From positions 46,976 through 110,975 of the forward strand of contig CANAIR010000002.1 in assembly GCA_947361355.1 (NCBI GenBank): a DNA stretch of 64,000 nt. The letters are read 5' to 3'. Of this stretch, positions 38,628-48,748 are shown one piece after another; position 1 is the first letter of the stretch, and the number at the start of each line of letters is the position of its first letter. The stretch comes from an uncultured Clostridium sp. (GTDB taxonomy: Bacteria; Bacillota; Clostridia; TANB77; CAG-465). The notes below the pieces were generated by a model. It saw only the letters and a program-made list of their open reading frames with translations, did not search any database and was not told the DNA's origin. Position numbers and translations under genes: made by a program.

Positions 38628-39236
38628 ATGAAAATTAAGTCAAGAATAACAGAAATTGTAATTTTAATTTTAATAATTGTAATTGCATCAATAATTGCTA
38701 TTAATGTTAAGGATGCTCTTAATAAATCTGAACTTGAAAAGTTAAGTGAAGCAAGTGATATTGCTAAAACTTTAGATGAATCTATAAATGTTGAAAATGC
38801 TGAACAATTACCAGAAGAAGAAAAAATAAGCTTGGCTAAAGGTTCAATTGCTGTTATAGATATACCATCTGTTGGAATAAGAGGGCAAGTTGTTGAAGGA
38901 ACTTCTGATGCAGTATTAAAAAATTATATTGGAAAATTTATTGGTTCAGCTGATCCTGGACAAAGTGGTAATTTTTGTGTAGCTGCTCATAATAATATAT
39001 ATACAGAAATATTTAGAAATTTATATAAATTAGAAGTAAATAGTGAAGTAAGAGTTATTACTAAAGAAAAAGAGTATATATATTTAGTAAAATCAGTAAA
39101 TAAAATACAGCCTACACAAATTGAAGTTTTAAATGAAAATCCTAATTTACATGAAATAACTTTAATAACATGTGCAGATATGGCAAAAACTAGAATTGTT
39201 GTTAAAGGAGATTTAGTTTCAGAAAAAGAAATTTAG
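38628..39236 (+). CDS. Sortase (TLITC active site; class D/sporulation-associated-like) adjacent to its LPVTG substrate
   Basis: N-terminal TM, His in …CVAAHNN…, Cys in HEITLITCAD, Arg in TRIVVKG. A TTGACA-17-TATAAT promoter lies at 38572-38605. Confidence 0.85.
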   Translation: MKIKSRITEIVILILIIVIASIIAINVKDALNKSELEKLSEASDIAKTLDESINVENAEQLPEEEKISLAKGSIAVIDIPSVGIRGQVVEGTSDAVLKNYIGKFIGSADPGQSGNFCVAAHNNIYTEIFRNLYKLEVNSEVRVITKEKEYIYLVKSVNKIQPTQIEVLNENPNLHEITLITCADMAKTRIVVKGDLVSEKEI

Positions 39237-39386
39237 AAAATTGAATTTATGTAATCTTTTTTAAATAATATTGTGCAAAATAGCATAAAAAATGTTGACT
39301 TTCTTCATTTTTTATGCTATAATTGTATTATGGTTAGGAATTATGTAAATAATATATAATAAATGTAGAAAAATGGAGGAAAAGAA

Positions 39387-42300
39387 ATGAAAAAAATTAA
39401 TAATTTTAAACTAAAAATATGTATGCTTATTTTTGTATTAGTCCTTATGATAGTACAAGTAGGTCCTTTTTTAGTTTATGCAGATGAAAGTAGATTAACA
39501 TTTTCTTGGGTAAGTTTTGGCCTACCATGTACAAATGAATATTACAATGGTAATGGCTTAGCTTTTGCCAAAGCACGTGTTGGTCAACATGTTGGTTATT
39601 GTTTAGATTATGGAGTACCTTTACCAACAGGAACTGGTGGTACAGTACAATATTTAAGAAAGTTATCTCCAGTAACTACTGCAGTAATAAGATATGGTTA
39701 TCCTAATGTATCAGCAGCTTCACTTGGTGTTAATAGTGATGAAGAAGCTGAATTTGCAACACAAATAGCAGTTTGGGGAGTTGTAAACTCATCTAATTCT
39801 AAAGATTCATATAAAACTAGTTGTGTTTTAGATATGGATAACTTAAAACCTACATATGGTTATGAAGCTTATATGACTAGAGTAAAAGCCGCTGCAAGAA
39901 GACTTATGGAAAGAGCATGGGCTGATCCTTATTACTCTAATCCTAAATGTTATATTAATCCAGCTAATGCTAAAATGAATGTTGGTTCTGAATATATGTT
40001 AGCAGGACCATATGAAATAAAAGCAACTGGATTTGAAGTTTCAAGTATATCAGTTAGCTTATCTAATGCTCCAAGTTCAGCACAAATTACTGATGCTAAT
40101 GGTAATGCAATATCAAAAGTTAACAATGGAACTAATGTATATGTAAAATTACCAAAAACATTATCAGGTTCTGAACTTACATTAAATGTTACTGCTAGTG
40201 GTAGCACAGCAGTAGGTAAAGCTTATGGTACTGGTAATATGTCAGATGCTAAACAAGATTATGGTATAGTGACAACTGAACCAGTTCAATTAAGTGATTC
40301 TTGTAAAGTTAAATGGTCTTCTTTAACAGGTAATGTTAGAATTTATAAAGTAGATCAATATGGAACTAAAATTCCAGGTGTAAAATTTGATCTTAAAGAT
40401 ATGAATAATAATGTTGTTGCATCAGGTACAACAGATACAAATGGTATATTAGAATTCAAGAATTTAAAAGTTGGTAGATATAAATTAGTTGAAGTTTCAG
40501 TACCAAGTAATTATATAATGGCAAAAGATCCATTTGAATTTGAAGTTACTACTGGAACAACAAAAGAAATTACTTTCCAAAATAAAAAAGTAGCTCCTGG
40601 TAAAATTCAAATTACAAAAATAGATCAAAATAATAACACAATACCAGGTTGTACATTCGAATTAAAAGATGCAAATGGTAAGGTTATTTACACAGGAACT
40701 ACAGATAAAGATGGTATTTTATCTTTTGATAACTTAGAGCAAGGTAAATATTATTTACAAGAAGTATCTGCTCCAGAAGGTTATGAAATGAAAAAAGATG
40801 CTGTTGAAATTGATGTTCCAAATAATAAAATAGTTACACTAAAATTCCCAAATAGAAGGGTAAATGGTGGACTAAAAATAATTAAAGTTGATGAAAATCA
40901 AAAACCTCTTGAAGGTGTAAAATTTGAAATATTAGATGCAAACAAAAAAGTTATAGATACAATAACAACTAATAAAGATGGTATTGCTGTAACTACTGCA
41001 AAATTAACAGTTGGAACATATTATTACAGAGAAATTTCAGCACCAGATAATATTATAATTGATACAAATGAATATCAATTTAAAATCAATGGTTATGATG
41101 AAGTAGTTATAAAAAATATAGTAAATAAAATCAAAAAAGGTAGACTTACAATACACAAAGTTACTGAAGGTGACAACAAACCACTAGCAAATGTAACATT
41201 TGAAATATTAGATGCAAATAAAAATGTTGTAGATACAATTGTTACAGATGCAAATGGTAATGCAGTTACTAAAGAATTACCAGAAGGTAAATATTATTAT
41301 AGAGAAACTAAAGTACCAGAAGGAATAAAATTAGATACTACAGAACATGAATTTACAATGGGTTACCAAAGTATTACAAAAGAAGTAGTAAATGAGTATT
41401 CTAAAGGTAAATTAAAAATAATAAAAGTAGATGAAAATGATAAACCTCTTGAAGGTGTAACATTCCAAATACTAGATGAAAACAAAAATGTAGTTGATAC
41501 AATTGTTACTAACAAAGAAGGAATTGCTGTAAGTACTGCTGATTTAACAGTTGGTAAGTATTATTACAAAGAAATTTCAGCACCAAATAATATTATAATA
41601 GATACTAATGAATATGAATTCAAAATCTCTAAAGATAATGAAGTTGTAATTAAAAATATAGTAAATAAAATCAAAAAAGGTAGACTTACAATTCATAAAG
41701 TTTCAGAAGGAGATAAAAAACCAATAGCAAATGTAACATTCCAAATATTAGATGCAAACAAAAAAGTAGTTGATACAATTGTTACAGATGCAAATGGTAA
41801 TGCAGTTACTAAAGAATTACCAGAAGGTAAATACTATTATAAAGAAGTAAAAGTTCCTGCAGAATATAAATTAGATGAAACAGAGTATGAATTTACAATG
41901 GATTATCAAGATGTAACAAAAGAAGTAGTAAACAAATATGCTAATGGTAAACTTAAAATATTAAAAGTAGATGAAAATGATATTCCTCTTAAAGGTATAG
42001 AATTTGAAATCTATGATGAAAACAAAAACCTAGTAGATACAATTGTTACTAATGAAAAAGGTGAAGCAATTTCTAAAGATTTACCTTTAGGTAAATACTA
42101 TTATAAAGAAACAAAAGCACCTGAAAATGTTATAATTGATAATAATATGTATGAATTTAAAATTTCTAAAGACAATGAAGTTGTTATAAAAAATGTTATT
42201 AATAAACTTATAAAAGGTAAATTAAAAATAGTTAAAACAACTGAAACAGGAACTCCAGTTCCAAATGTAACTTTCCAAATTTTAAATGAAGCAAAAGAAG

Positions 42301-43160
42301 TAATTGAAACAATTACTACAGATAAAGATGGTATTGCTGAAACTAAACTTTTACAATCTGGAAAATATTACTATCGTGAAATAGAAGCACCTGTAAATGT
42401 TATTGCTGATCTTACAGAATATGAATTTATAGTTGCAACAAACGATGAAGTTATCGAAAAAGAAGTAATTAATAAATTAGTAAAAGGAAGCTTAAAAATA
42501 GTTAAAACAGACGATTTAAAAGCACCTCTTGCAAATGTTAAATTTGAAATACTTGATAAAGATAAAAAAGTAATACAAACAATTGTAACTGATGAGAAAG
42601 GTATAGCTATATCAGACAAATTAACAATAGGAAAATATTACTATCGTGAAGTAGAAGCACCTGAAAATGTTGTAATGGACACAAAAGAACATGAATTTAA
42701 AGTTACTGAAAATAATCAAGTTATCGAAAAAGAAATCGAAAACAAGAGAATTGAAGGAAAACTTATAATTTATAAAAAAGACAAAGATACAAAGAAACCA
42801 ATTGAGGGTGTAACATTCCAAGTACTAAATGAAGCAAAAGAAGTAATTGCTACAATTACTACAGATAAAGATGGTATTGCTAGACAAGGTGAATTACTAA
42901 AAGGAAAATACTATTTTAAAGAAATAGAAGCTCCAGAAGAGTATATCATGAATACAAAAGAGTTCTCTTTTGAAATCAAAAAAGATATGCAAACTGAAGA
43001 AGTAACTGTATTCAACGAGCACAAAAAATTACCAGTAACAGGTGGATTTATTGGAACTAATACTTTAATAGTTATTATAGTATCAGTAGTTGTAATAGCA
43101 GGTTATGTGGTAGTAAAACTAGTACTTAATAGAAAGAATGAAGGTCATGATAATAACTAA
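39387..43160 (+). CDS. LPVTG-anchored surface adhesin: signal peptide + thioester domain (TED) + ~10 tandem CnaB-type (isopeptide-fold) repeats
   Basis: TED motifs: Cys in VGYCLDYG and Gln in FATQIAVWG (TQxAIW). About 10 repeats of ~88 aa (GKLKIIKVDENDKPLEGVTFQILD…GKYYYKEISAP…) with a K/E/N triad pattern. C-terminal LPVTGG + hydrophobic segment + KLVLNRKNEGH tail. Confidence 0.85.
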   Translation: MKKINNFKLKICMLIFVLVLMIVQVGPFLVYADESRLTFSWVSFGLPCTNEYYNGNGLAFAKARVGQHVGYCLDYGVPLPTGTGGTVQYLRKLSPVTTAVIRYGYPNVSAASLGVNSDEEAEFATQIAVWGVVNSSNSKDSYKTSCVLDMDNLKPTYGYEAYMTRVKAAARRLMERAWADPYYSNPKCYINPANAKMNVGSEYMLAGPYEIKATGFEVSSISVSLSNAPSSAQITDANGNAISKVNNGTNVYVKLPKTLSGSELTLNVTASGSTAVGKAYGTGNMSDAKQDYGIVTTEPVQLSDSCKVKWSSLTGNVRIYKVDQYGTKIPGVKFDLKDMNNNVVASGTTDTNGILEFKNLKVGRYKLVEVSVPSNYIMAKDPFEFEVTTGTTKEITFQNKKVAPGKIQITKIDQNNNTIPGCTFELKDANGKVIYTGTTDKDGILSFDNLEQGKYYLQEVSAPEGYEMKKDAVEIDVPNNKIVTLKFPNRRVNGGLKIIKVDENQKPLEGVKFEILDANKKVIDTITTNKDGIAVTTAKLTVGTYYYREISAPDNIIIDTNEYQFKINGYDEVVIKNIVNKIKKGRLTIHKVTEGDNKPLANVTFEILDANKNVVDTIVTDANGNAVTKELPEGKYYYRETKVPEGIKLDTTEHEFTMGYQSITKEVVNEYSKGKLKIIKVDENDKPLEGVTFQILDENKNVVDTIVTNKEGIAVSTADLTVGKYYYKEISAPNNIIIDTNEYEFKISKDNEVVIKNIVNKIKKGRLTIHKVSEGDKKPIANVTFQILDANKKVVDTIVTDANGNAVTKELPEGKYYYKEVKVPAEYKLDETEYEFTMDYQDVTKEVVNKYANGKLKILKVDENDIPLKGIEFEIYDENKNLVDTIVTNEKGEAISKDLPLGKYYYKETKAPENVIIDNNMYEFKISKDNEVVIKNVINKLIKGKLKIVKTTETGTPVPNVTFQILNEAKEVIETITTDKDGIAETKLLQSGKYYYREIEAPVNVIADLTEYEFIVATNDEVIEKEVINKLVKGSLKIVKTDDLKAPLANVKFEILDKDKKVIQTIVTDEKGIAISDKLTIGKYYYREVEAPENVVMDTKEHEFKVTENNQVIEKEIENKRIEGKLIIYKKDKDTKKPIEGVTFQVLNEAKEVIATITTDKDGIARQGELLKGKYYFKEIEAPEEYIMNTKEFSFEIKKDMQTEEVTVFNEHKKLPVTGGFIGTNTLIVIIVSVVVIAGYVVVKLVLNRKNEGHDNN

Positions 43161-43182
43161 TATTGATTGTTATAATTTAAAA

Positions 43183-43217
43183 GAAGAATAGTTTAACTAT
43201 TCTTCTTTTTCAAGAAT
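43183..43217 (+). terminator. Rho-independent terminator after the adhesin gene
   Basis: AAGAAGAATAGTT…AACTATTCTTCTT stem followed by a T-run. Confidence 0.65.
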
Positions 43218-43272
43218 AAATGAGAAATATTAATATTTATAAAACTTGTTTTATTATAGGATTGTGATAAAA

Positions 43273-44319
43273 ATGGAATTATTAGATTTTAAGGAAAAAA
43301 TAGATTTAAAACAATTAGAAAAAGTGGCTAATTGTATAAAAAAAGGTAAGTTAGTTGTATTCCCAACTGAAACAGTTTATGGAATAGGTACCAATGCGTT
43401 TGATGAAATGGCAGTCTCAAATATTTTTAAAGCAAAGGGAAGACCTAGTGATAATCCTTTAATTGTACATATAGCAAATTTTAAAATGCTAGATGAATTA
43501 GTGACTAACGTAAATGAAGTAGAAAAAAAGTTAATGAAAGCATTTTGGCCTGGTCCTTTGACAATAATATTGCCCAAAAAAGACGTTTTACCGCAAAATG
43601 TAACATGTGGTCTTGACACTGTAGGAATTAGAATGCCTAATAATGATATAGCTTTAAAACTTATAAAAATGGCTAATGTGCCAATTGCTGCTCCAAGTGC
43701 AAATGTATCTGGAAAGCCTAGTGGAACAACAATTGAAGATATTTATTTAGAGTTAAAAGATAAAGTTGAATATATGATAGATTCTTCTATTACTAATATA
43801 GGAGTAGAATCAACAGTAGTAAAAATTATAGACAATGAAGTAGTAATTTTAAGACCTGGAAAAATTTCGCCTGATGATATAAAAAAAGTGGGTGTGAATG
43901 TAAAATTACATGATCATTTATTTAAAAATATTAATATAAATGATAGAGTTGAGTCTCCAGGAATGAAACATAGGCATTATGCGCCATCTACTAAAACAAT
44001 TTTGGTAGATGGTGTGGATAATGAAAAAACGTGTGATAAAATTTTTAAATTGTTAGATGAAAATAAAACAAAAAAAATAGCTTTATTAAGTTACGAAGAA
44101 AACAAAAAAGTATTTGATAATTTTGACATTGAATATTTAAGTCTTGGAAAAATGGGTGATTTAAATGTTATATCACAAAATATTTTCACAAACCTTAGAA
44201 AAGTTGATAAATTAAATGTAGATTTTTGTATTGTTCAAGGAGTAGAAAAAGAAGGTGTTGGTATTGCTATAATGAACCGATTAACAAGGGCTTGTGAATA
44301 TAATGTAATAAATGTGTAA
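43273..44319 (+). CDS. tsaC: L-threonylcarbamoyladenylate synthase (Sua5/YwlC; TsaC + Sua5 domains)
   Basis: TETVYGIGTNAF and KGRPSDNPLIVH motifs plus a C-terminal Sua5 domain. The ORF is open from 43246; the ATG at 43273 (MELLDF…) is the probable start. Confidence 0.85.
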   Translation: MELLDFKEKIDLKQLEKVANCIKKGKLVVFPTETVYGIGTNAFDEMAVSNIFKAKGRPSDNPLIVHIANFKMLDELVTNVNEVEKKLMKAFWPGPLTIILPKKDVLPQNVTCGLDTVGIRMPNNDIALKLIKMANVPIAAPSANVSGKPSGTTIEDIYLELKDKVEYMIDSSITNIGVESTVVKIIDNEVVILRPGKISPDDIKKVGVNVKLHDHLFKNININDRVESPGMKHRHYAPSTKTILVDGVDNEKTCDKIFKLLDENKTKKIALLSYEENKKVFDNFDIEYLSLGKMGDLNVISQNIFTNLRKVDKLNVDFCIVQGVEKEGVGIAIMNRLTRACEYNVINV

Positions 44320-44409
44320 TAAAAAATGAAATATTTTATAAAAATAATTTACATTTGATATGATTTGTGCAATAATATATATTGTGATTTTTTAATTGGG
44401 GGGATTTAA

Positions 44410-45030
44410 ATGGTATATATATTAACAGGGGGACCTGCTACAGGAAAAGGAACAAGATCAGATATATTATCTAAAGCTTTAAATATACCACATATTTCAA
44501 CAGGTGATATATTAAGGGAAGTTGCAACAAGGGATAATGATATAAATCAAAGACTTGCTAAAGGAGAATTAATTTCCGATGAAATTATTACTAAATTATT
44601 AGAAGAAAGATTATCAAAAGATGATTGTAAAAATGGTTTTGTACTTGATGGTTATCCTAGAACTTTGTCACAAATAAAATTACTTGATAAAGTACTTGAA
44701 AAACTTGGAAAAAAAGTTGATAGAGTTATAGAACTTACAGCTCCAGATGAATTAGTTTTTAAAAGAATATTAGAAAGAAAAAAATGTGATAACTGTGGTA
44801 AAATGTATGGTATTGACTTTCCATCTAGAGTTGAAAATGTTTGTGATGACTGTGGTGGTAAGTTATCTATTAGAGCAGATGATACAAAAGAAACTTTAAA
44901 AAATAGAATTGAAACTTATAGAAAAAATTCTAAAGAAATATTAGAATATTATAAAAATATTGGACTTTTAAAGACTGTTGATTCTTCAGGTCATTCAGAA
45001 AGAATTGTAAAAGAAGCAACAGAAGACTAG
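44410..45030 (+). CDS. adk: Adenylate kinase with zinc-binding LID (divergent P-loop GGPATGKGT, Gln->Arg)
   Basis: …PHISTGDILRE…, CDNCGK…CDDCGG Zn LID, about 206 aa. GGGGGG RBS. Located upstream of map as in the spc/alpha operon, but not preceded by secY. Confidence 0.85.
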   Translation: MVYILTGGPATGKGTRSDILSKALNIPHISTGDILREVATRDNDINQRLAKGELISDEIITKLLEERLSKDDCKNGFVLDGYPRTLSQIKLLDKVLEKLGKKVDRVIELTAPDELVFKRILERKKCDNCGKMYGIDFPSRVENVCDDCGGKLSIRADDTKETLKNRIETYRKNSKEILEYYKNIGLLKTVDSSGHSERIVKEATED

Positions 45031-45044
45031 TAAAAATAGAAAGT

Positions 45045-45827
45045 GTGATAAAAGTGATAAATATAAAAACAGAAAAACAAATAAAATTAATGGAAGAATC
45101 TGCTGTGTGTCTAAAAGCAGCACTTAAAGCAATTGAAGAAAATATACGTCCTGGTGTTTCAACGCTATATTTAAATGAAGTTGCACAAAAAGCTATGAAA
45201 GAACATGGGGCAATACCAGCTTTTAAAGGGGTACCATGTCCATATAGGGGAGGAAAACCATATAAATGGGCAATATGTACATCTGTAAATGATGAGATAA
45301 TACATGGTATACCATCTAGTGATGTCATTTTAAAAGAGGGAGATATCGTAAGTGTTGATTTAGGCACATACAAAAATGGTTGGGCTTCTGATGCAGGTAG
45401 AACATATGCTGTTGGAAAAGTATCACCTGTATGTGAAAAATTAATAAAGGTAGCTAAGTCGGCATTTTTTGCTGGAGTAGATAAGGCAATCGTAGGTAAT
45501 AGAATTGGAGATATTTCAAATGCAATTCAAACATATGTAGAAAGTCAAGGATTTTCTTTACTTAGAGAATATCAAGGTCATGGTATTGGTGAAGATATGC
45601 ACGAAGATCCAGGTGTTCCAAATATAGGTAAAAAAGGAAAAGGACCACGTTTACAAAAAGGTATGGCACTTGCAATTGAACCAATGATATGTGAAGGTAG
45701 TCCAGAGGTATATGTAAAAAGAGACATGTGGACAGTTGCCACTTGTGATAAAAAAATGACAGCATATTATGAAAATACAATTGTTATTACAGATAAAGAG
45801 GCAAAAATATTAACACTTGATTATTAA
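45045..45827 (+). CDS. map: Methionine aminopeptidase type I
   Basis: Metal-ligand pattern (D…D…H…E…E), about 260 aa. GTG start. Confidence 0.9.
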   Translation: MIKVINIKTEKQIKLMEESAVCLKAALKAIEENIRPGVSTLYLNEVAQKAMKEHGAIPAFKGVPCPYRGGKPYKWAICTSVNDEIIHGIPSSDVILKEGDIVSVDLGTYKNGWASDAGRTYAVGKVSPVCEKLIKVAKSAFFAGVDKAIVGNRIGDISNAIQTYVESQGFSLLREYQGHGIGEDMHEDPGVPNIGKKGKGPRLQKGMALAIEPMICEGSPEVYVKRDMWTVATCDKKMTAYYENTIVITDKEAKILTLDY

Positions 45828-46029
45828 TTTTTTAAAAGATAGAGTAAAGTTCTATCTTTTTTATTTTGTAGTTTTTAAATGTATATTTGTTTTTGGTAAA
45901 GCAAAAAAAATATAAAATATATTGTTTTTAAACTATATTTTATTTTTTTTATAAAAAATTATGTAAATTTTTTTAAAAAGTATTGCAAATAAATTATATA
46001 TATTTTATAATAGTATTGAGGTGATTTTT

Positions 46030-47442
46030 TTGAAGAGATATATCGATGAGGGAACAGGAAAAATTGTTAATATCTTAAATAATGATGAAGCAAATAAAGT
46101 TGTAAAAATTTTTATAGACTTTTTCTTTACAGAAACTACTATGCCAGAAGGTAGATTAAATTTAGTAGTATTACTTAGAGACTTTATAAAATTAACAGAA
46201 ATGGAAAATATTTATAAATTCATAGAATATATAGAAGAATACAAAAAAAGTTTAAAACTTTCTAAAGATGATGAAAAAGATTTTGATGTATTATATAGAT
46301 TTTTTAAAGCATATAAGGACTTTAGTGAACCAACTATCAATATTGAAGATGCTAAAAATTATATAAGTGATATGACTAATAAAGAAGAAGAACTTTCTAA
46401 AAAACCTAAAGATAGTTTAGATAAAACTGAAAAAATTCTTAATGTGCTTTTTGAAAATGGTTTTGTTCTATGTAGACTTGCAAAAATATCATGTGATACA
46501 TGGGAAAACAAAATTCAAAATCAAATAAAAAATGATAAGAAAGAAGCCATAATTTCAATAGAACAAGAAATAGCATATCAAGATTTATTAGAATTTGCTT
46601 CAAAAGAAAAAGTTGGAACTTCTAAAAAAATAAGTAGTAAAGATGTTAATACAAATAGTACAAATTCTACAAATGAAAATAAGGAAAAAGAAAAAGTAAA
46701 TGAATCTGAAATTAGTGCATCAAAAAATAGTAAAGTAAGTATTGATGTACAGGTTCCAGAAAAGAAAGAACCAATTAAAATAGAAGTAGAAACTAAAAAA
46801 GCAGAAATAAATGATAAAAAAGAAGAAAAAATTGAAAATGTTCCAAATAAAGAAGTAAAAACATCAACTATACAAATAAATCATGGATTTGATATAGGAA
46901 ATAACGTTACTCCTGAACCTCAAATAACAATTAATGCAAATAAACCTGAAAATATTCAAAAAGAAAAAGTATCAGAAAAAAAAGAAGATAAGGGACCAGA
47001 AATTCAAATCAATCGTGGTATTCAAATAGAAGATGATGTTCCACAAAGGCCATCAAAGCCTCAAATGCAAGATAAGGCAGAAAATATTTCTAAAATAGAT
47101 AACTCGCAAAATAAGGTTGAAAAAGAACCTACAATACAAATAAATCGTGGAATACAAATTGATGATGTTCCACAAAAACCAAAGCCAAGTGCAAATGATC
47201 AAAAACCACAAGTAGATAATAACTTAGAAAAAAATAAAAAAGATGAAGGGTATATTTCAAATATACATATATATGTACCTGGAGTTGATGATGAAGAAAA
47301 AGAACCTAAAAACGTAAGTCCTTTAGAAATTAAAAATGCTACTGAGGATGTGAATCTTAAAGATTCTGTTGAATTTTTCTCTAGTGTATTAGATAGTAGA
47401 AGATCAAATGACGATGATGAAGAAGATAGTTTTAGAGATTAA
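46030..47442 (+). CDS. Hypothetical protein with a low-complexity Lys/Glu-rich region and three IQIN(R/H)G(I/F)(Q/D)I…VP repeats; inserted between map and infA
   Basis: GAGGTGA RBS then TTG at 46030 (ORF open from 46021). Three repeats of TIQINRGIQI(E)DDVPQ(R/K)P. Acidic C-terminus. Confidence 0.5.
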   Translation: MKRYIDEGTGKIVNILNNDEANKVVKIFIDFFFTETTMPEGRLNLVVLLRDFIKLTEMENIYKFIEYIEEYKKSLKLSKDDEKDFDVLYRFFKAYKDFSEPTINIEDAKNYISDMTNKEEELSKKPKDSLDKTEKILNVLFENGFVLCRLAKISCDTWENKIQNQIKNDKKEAIISIEQEIAYQDLLEFASKEKVGTSKKISSKDVNTNSTNSTNENKEKEKVNESEISASKNSKVSIDVQVPEKKEPIKIEVETKKAEINDKKEEKIENVPNKEVKTSTIQINHGFDIGNNVTPEPQITINANKPENIQKEKVSEKKEDKGPEIQINRGIQIEDDVPQRPSKPQMQDKAENISKIDNSQNKVEKEPTIQINRGIQIDDVPQKPKPSANDQKPQVDNNLEKNKKDEGYISNIHIYVPGVDDEEKEPKNVSPLEIKNATEDVNLKDSVEFFSSVLDSRRSNDDDEEDSFRD

Positions 47443-47444
47443 AT

Positions 47445-47690
47445 ATGCAAAATGATGATTATACATATTCAATAACACAAACAAATTATATCATTAATTC
47501 TCTGTCAACAGATGTAAAAGAAAAAATACCACAAGGTGTTGTTAATTTCTTTGATTATAATTCTGATATGACATTGATAAGTGATGAAAATGATAAAAAA
47601 AATATGTTTGATAATTTTACAGAAGATACATTAAAATTTCTAAAGGTAATAGATTATTATATTAATAATAATTCTAATTTTAAAATGTAG
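47445..47690 (+). CDS. Small hypothetical ORF (81 aa) immediately downstream of the repeat protein
   Basis: Starts 2 nt after the upstream stop; weak RBS; no similarity recognised. Confidence 0.3.
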   Translation: MQNDDYTYSITQTNYIINSLSTDVKEKIPQGVVNFFDYNSDMTLISDENDKKNMFDNFTEDTLKFLKVIDYYINNNSNFKM

Positions 47691-47775
47691 AAAAATAGTT
47701 TATAATATCCTAATATAAATTAGATAAAATCTAGTTTTATTTAGGGTATTTTTTATATAATATTCTTATTTTTTA

Positions 47776-47804
47776 TTGACAGTTTAACATAAATTTGTTA
47801 TAAT
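47776..47804 (+). promoter_or_regulatory. Sigma-A promoter (TTGACA-17-TATAAT) upstream of infA
   Basis: Consensus hexamers read from the sequence. Confidence 0.5.
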
Positions 47805-47870
47805 ATATGTGTTAATTAATGCCTTGATGAAAATAGGTGTTAAAAAAGCATATAAATAGGAGGAATTGTA

Positions 47871-48089
47871 GTGGCTAAAGATGATGTTATAGAAGTTGAG
47901 GGAATAGTAACAGATGCGTTACCAAATGCTAATTTTAAAGTAAAATTAGAAAATGGTCATGAAGTATTAGCGCATATATCTGGAAAGTTAAGAATGCACT
48001 ATATAAAAATATTACCTGGTGATAAAGTAAAGCTTGAATTATCAACTTATGATTTAACTAAAGGTAGAATTACATGGAGAGGAAAATAA
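47871..48089 (+). CDS. infA: Translation initiation factor IF-1
   Basis: [11 protein letters not shown]…S1-like fold, 72 aa. GTG start after AGGAGG. Confidence 0.95.
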   Translation: MAKDDVIEVEGIVTDALPNANFKVKLENGHEVLAHISGKLRMHYIKILPGDKVKLELSTYDLTKGRITWRGK

Positions 48090-48240
48090 AATTCCAAATA
48101 TTTATTAATTTAGAAATAAACATTTATACTAGAGCGGCTGTGGAAGTTGCAGGCCTCGTAACTTCTAATTTAGTTTTATGTTTATTATATATACTTACTT
48201 TTGTTAAATAGATTTAACAAAACTTTAAGGAGGATTTAAA

Positions 48241-48354
48241 ATGAAAGTAAGACCATCAGTAAAAAAAATTTGTGATAAGTGTAAGGTTATCAGAAGACAT
48301 GGAGTAGTTCGTGTAATCTGTGAAAATCCAAAACACAAACAAAGACAAGGTTAA
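48241..48354 (+). CDS. rpmJ: 50S ribosomal protein L36
   Basis: [37 protein letters not shown] (37 aa, below the cutoff of the ORF track). AAGGAGG RBS. Confidence 0.9.
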   Translation: MKVRPSVKKICDKCKVIRRHGVVRVICENPKHKQRQG

Positions 48355-48373
48355 TGTGGGGGTGTAAGATTAA

Positions 48374-48745
48374 ATGGCACGTATAGCTGGAGTAGATTTA
48401 CCAAAAAATAAAGTTGCAGAAATAGGATTAACATCAATATATGGTATTGGTCGTTCTGCATCAAGAAAAATACTAGCTGAAGCTGGTATAGAAATTACTA
48501 AAAGAGTGAAAGATTTCACAGAAGAAGAAGAAGCAAAAATAAGAGAAATAATCGATAGAGATTATACTGTAGAAGGAGATCTTCGTAAAGAAGTTGCTCT
48601 TAATATTAAAAGATTAATGGAAATTAATTGTTACAGAGGTCAAAGACATAAAAGAAGACTTCCTGTTCGTGGACAAAGAACAAAAACTAATGCTAGAACT
48701 AGAAAAGGTAAAGCAAAACCTATTGCAGGAAAGAAAGGAGTATAG
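48374..48745 (+). CDS. rpsM: 30S ribosomal protein S13
   Basis: [10 protein letters not shown]…, 123 aa. Confidence 0.95.
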   Translation: MARIAGVDLPKNKVAEIGLTSIYGIGRSASRKILAEAGIEITKRVKDFTEEEEAKIREIIDRDYTVEGDLRKEVALNIKRLMEINCYRGQRHKRRLPVRGQRTKTNARTRKGKAKPIAGKKGV

Positions 48746-48748
48746 AAA

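Noticed and set aside
40300-43050. Tandem ~265-bp nucleotide repeats that could be mistaken for a CRISPR-like or satellite array
   Set aside because: They are in-frame coding repeats of the CnaB-type domains of the LPVTG adhesin. There are no short spacers or conserved direct repeats of CRISPR size.
48090-48240. GC-rich hairpin (GAAGTT-GCAGGCCTCGT-AACTTC) between infA and rpmJ as a possible regulatory RNA
   Set aside because: It is a short 6-bp stem within the usual infA-rpmJ spacer and is likely an ordinary processing or attenuation hairpin. There is insufficient evidence for a distinct element.
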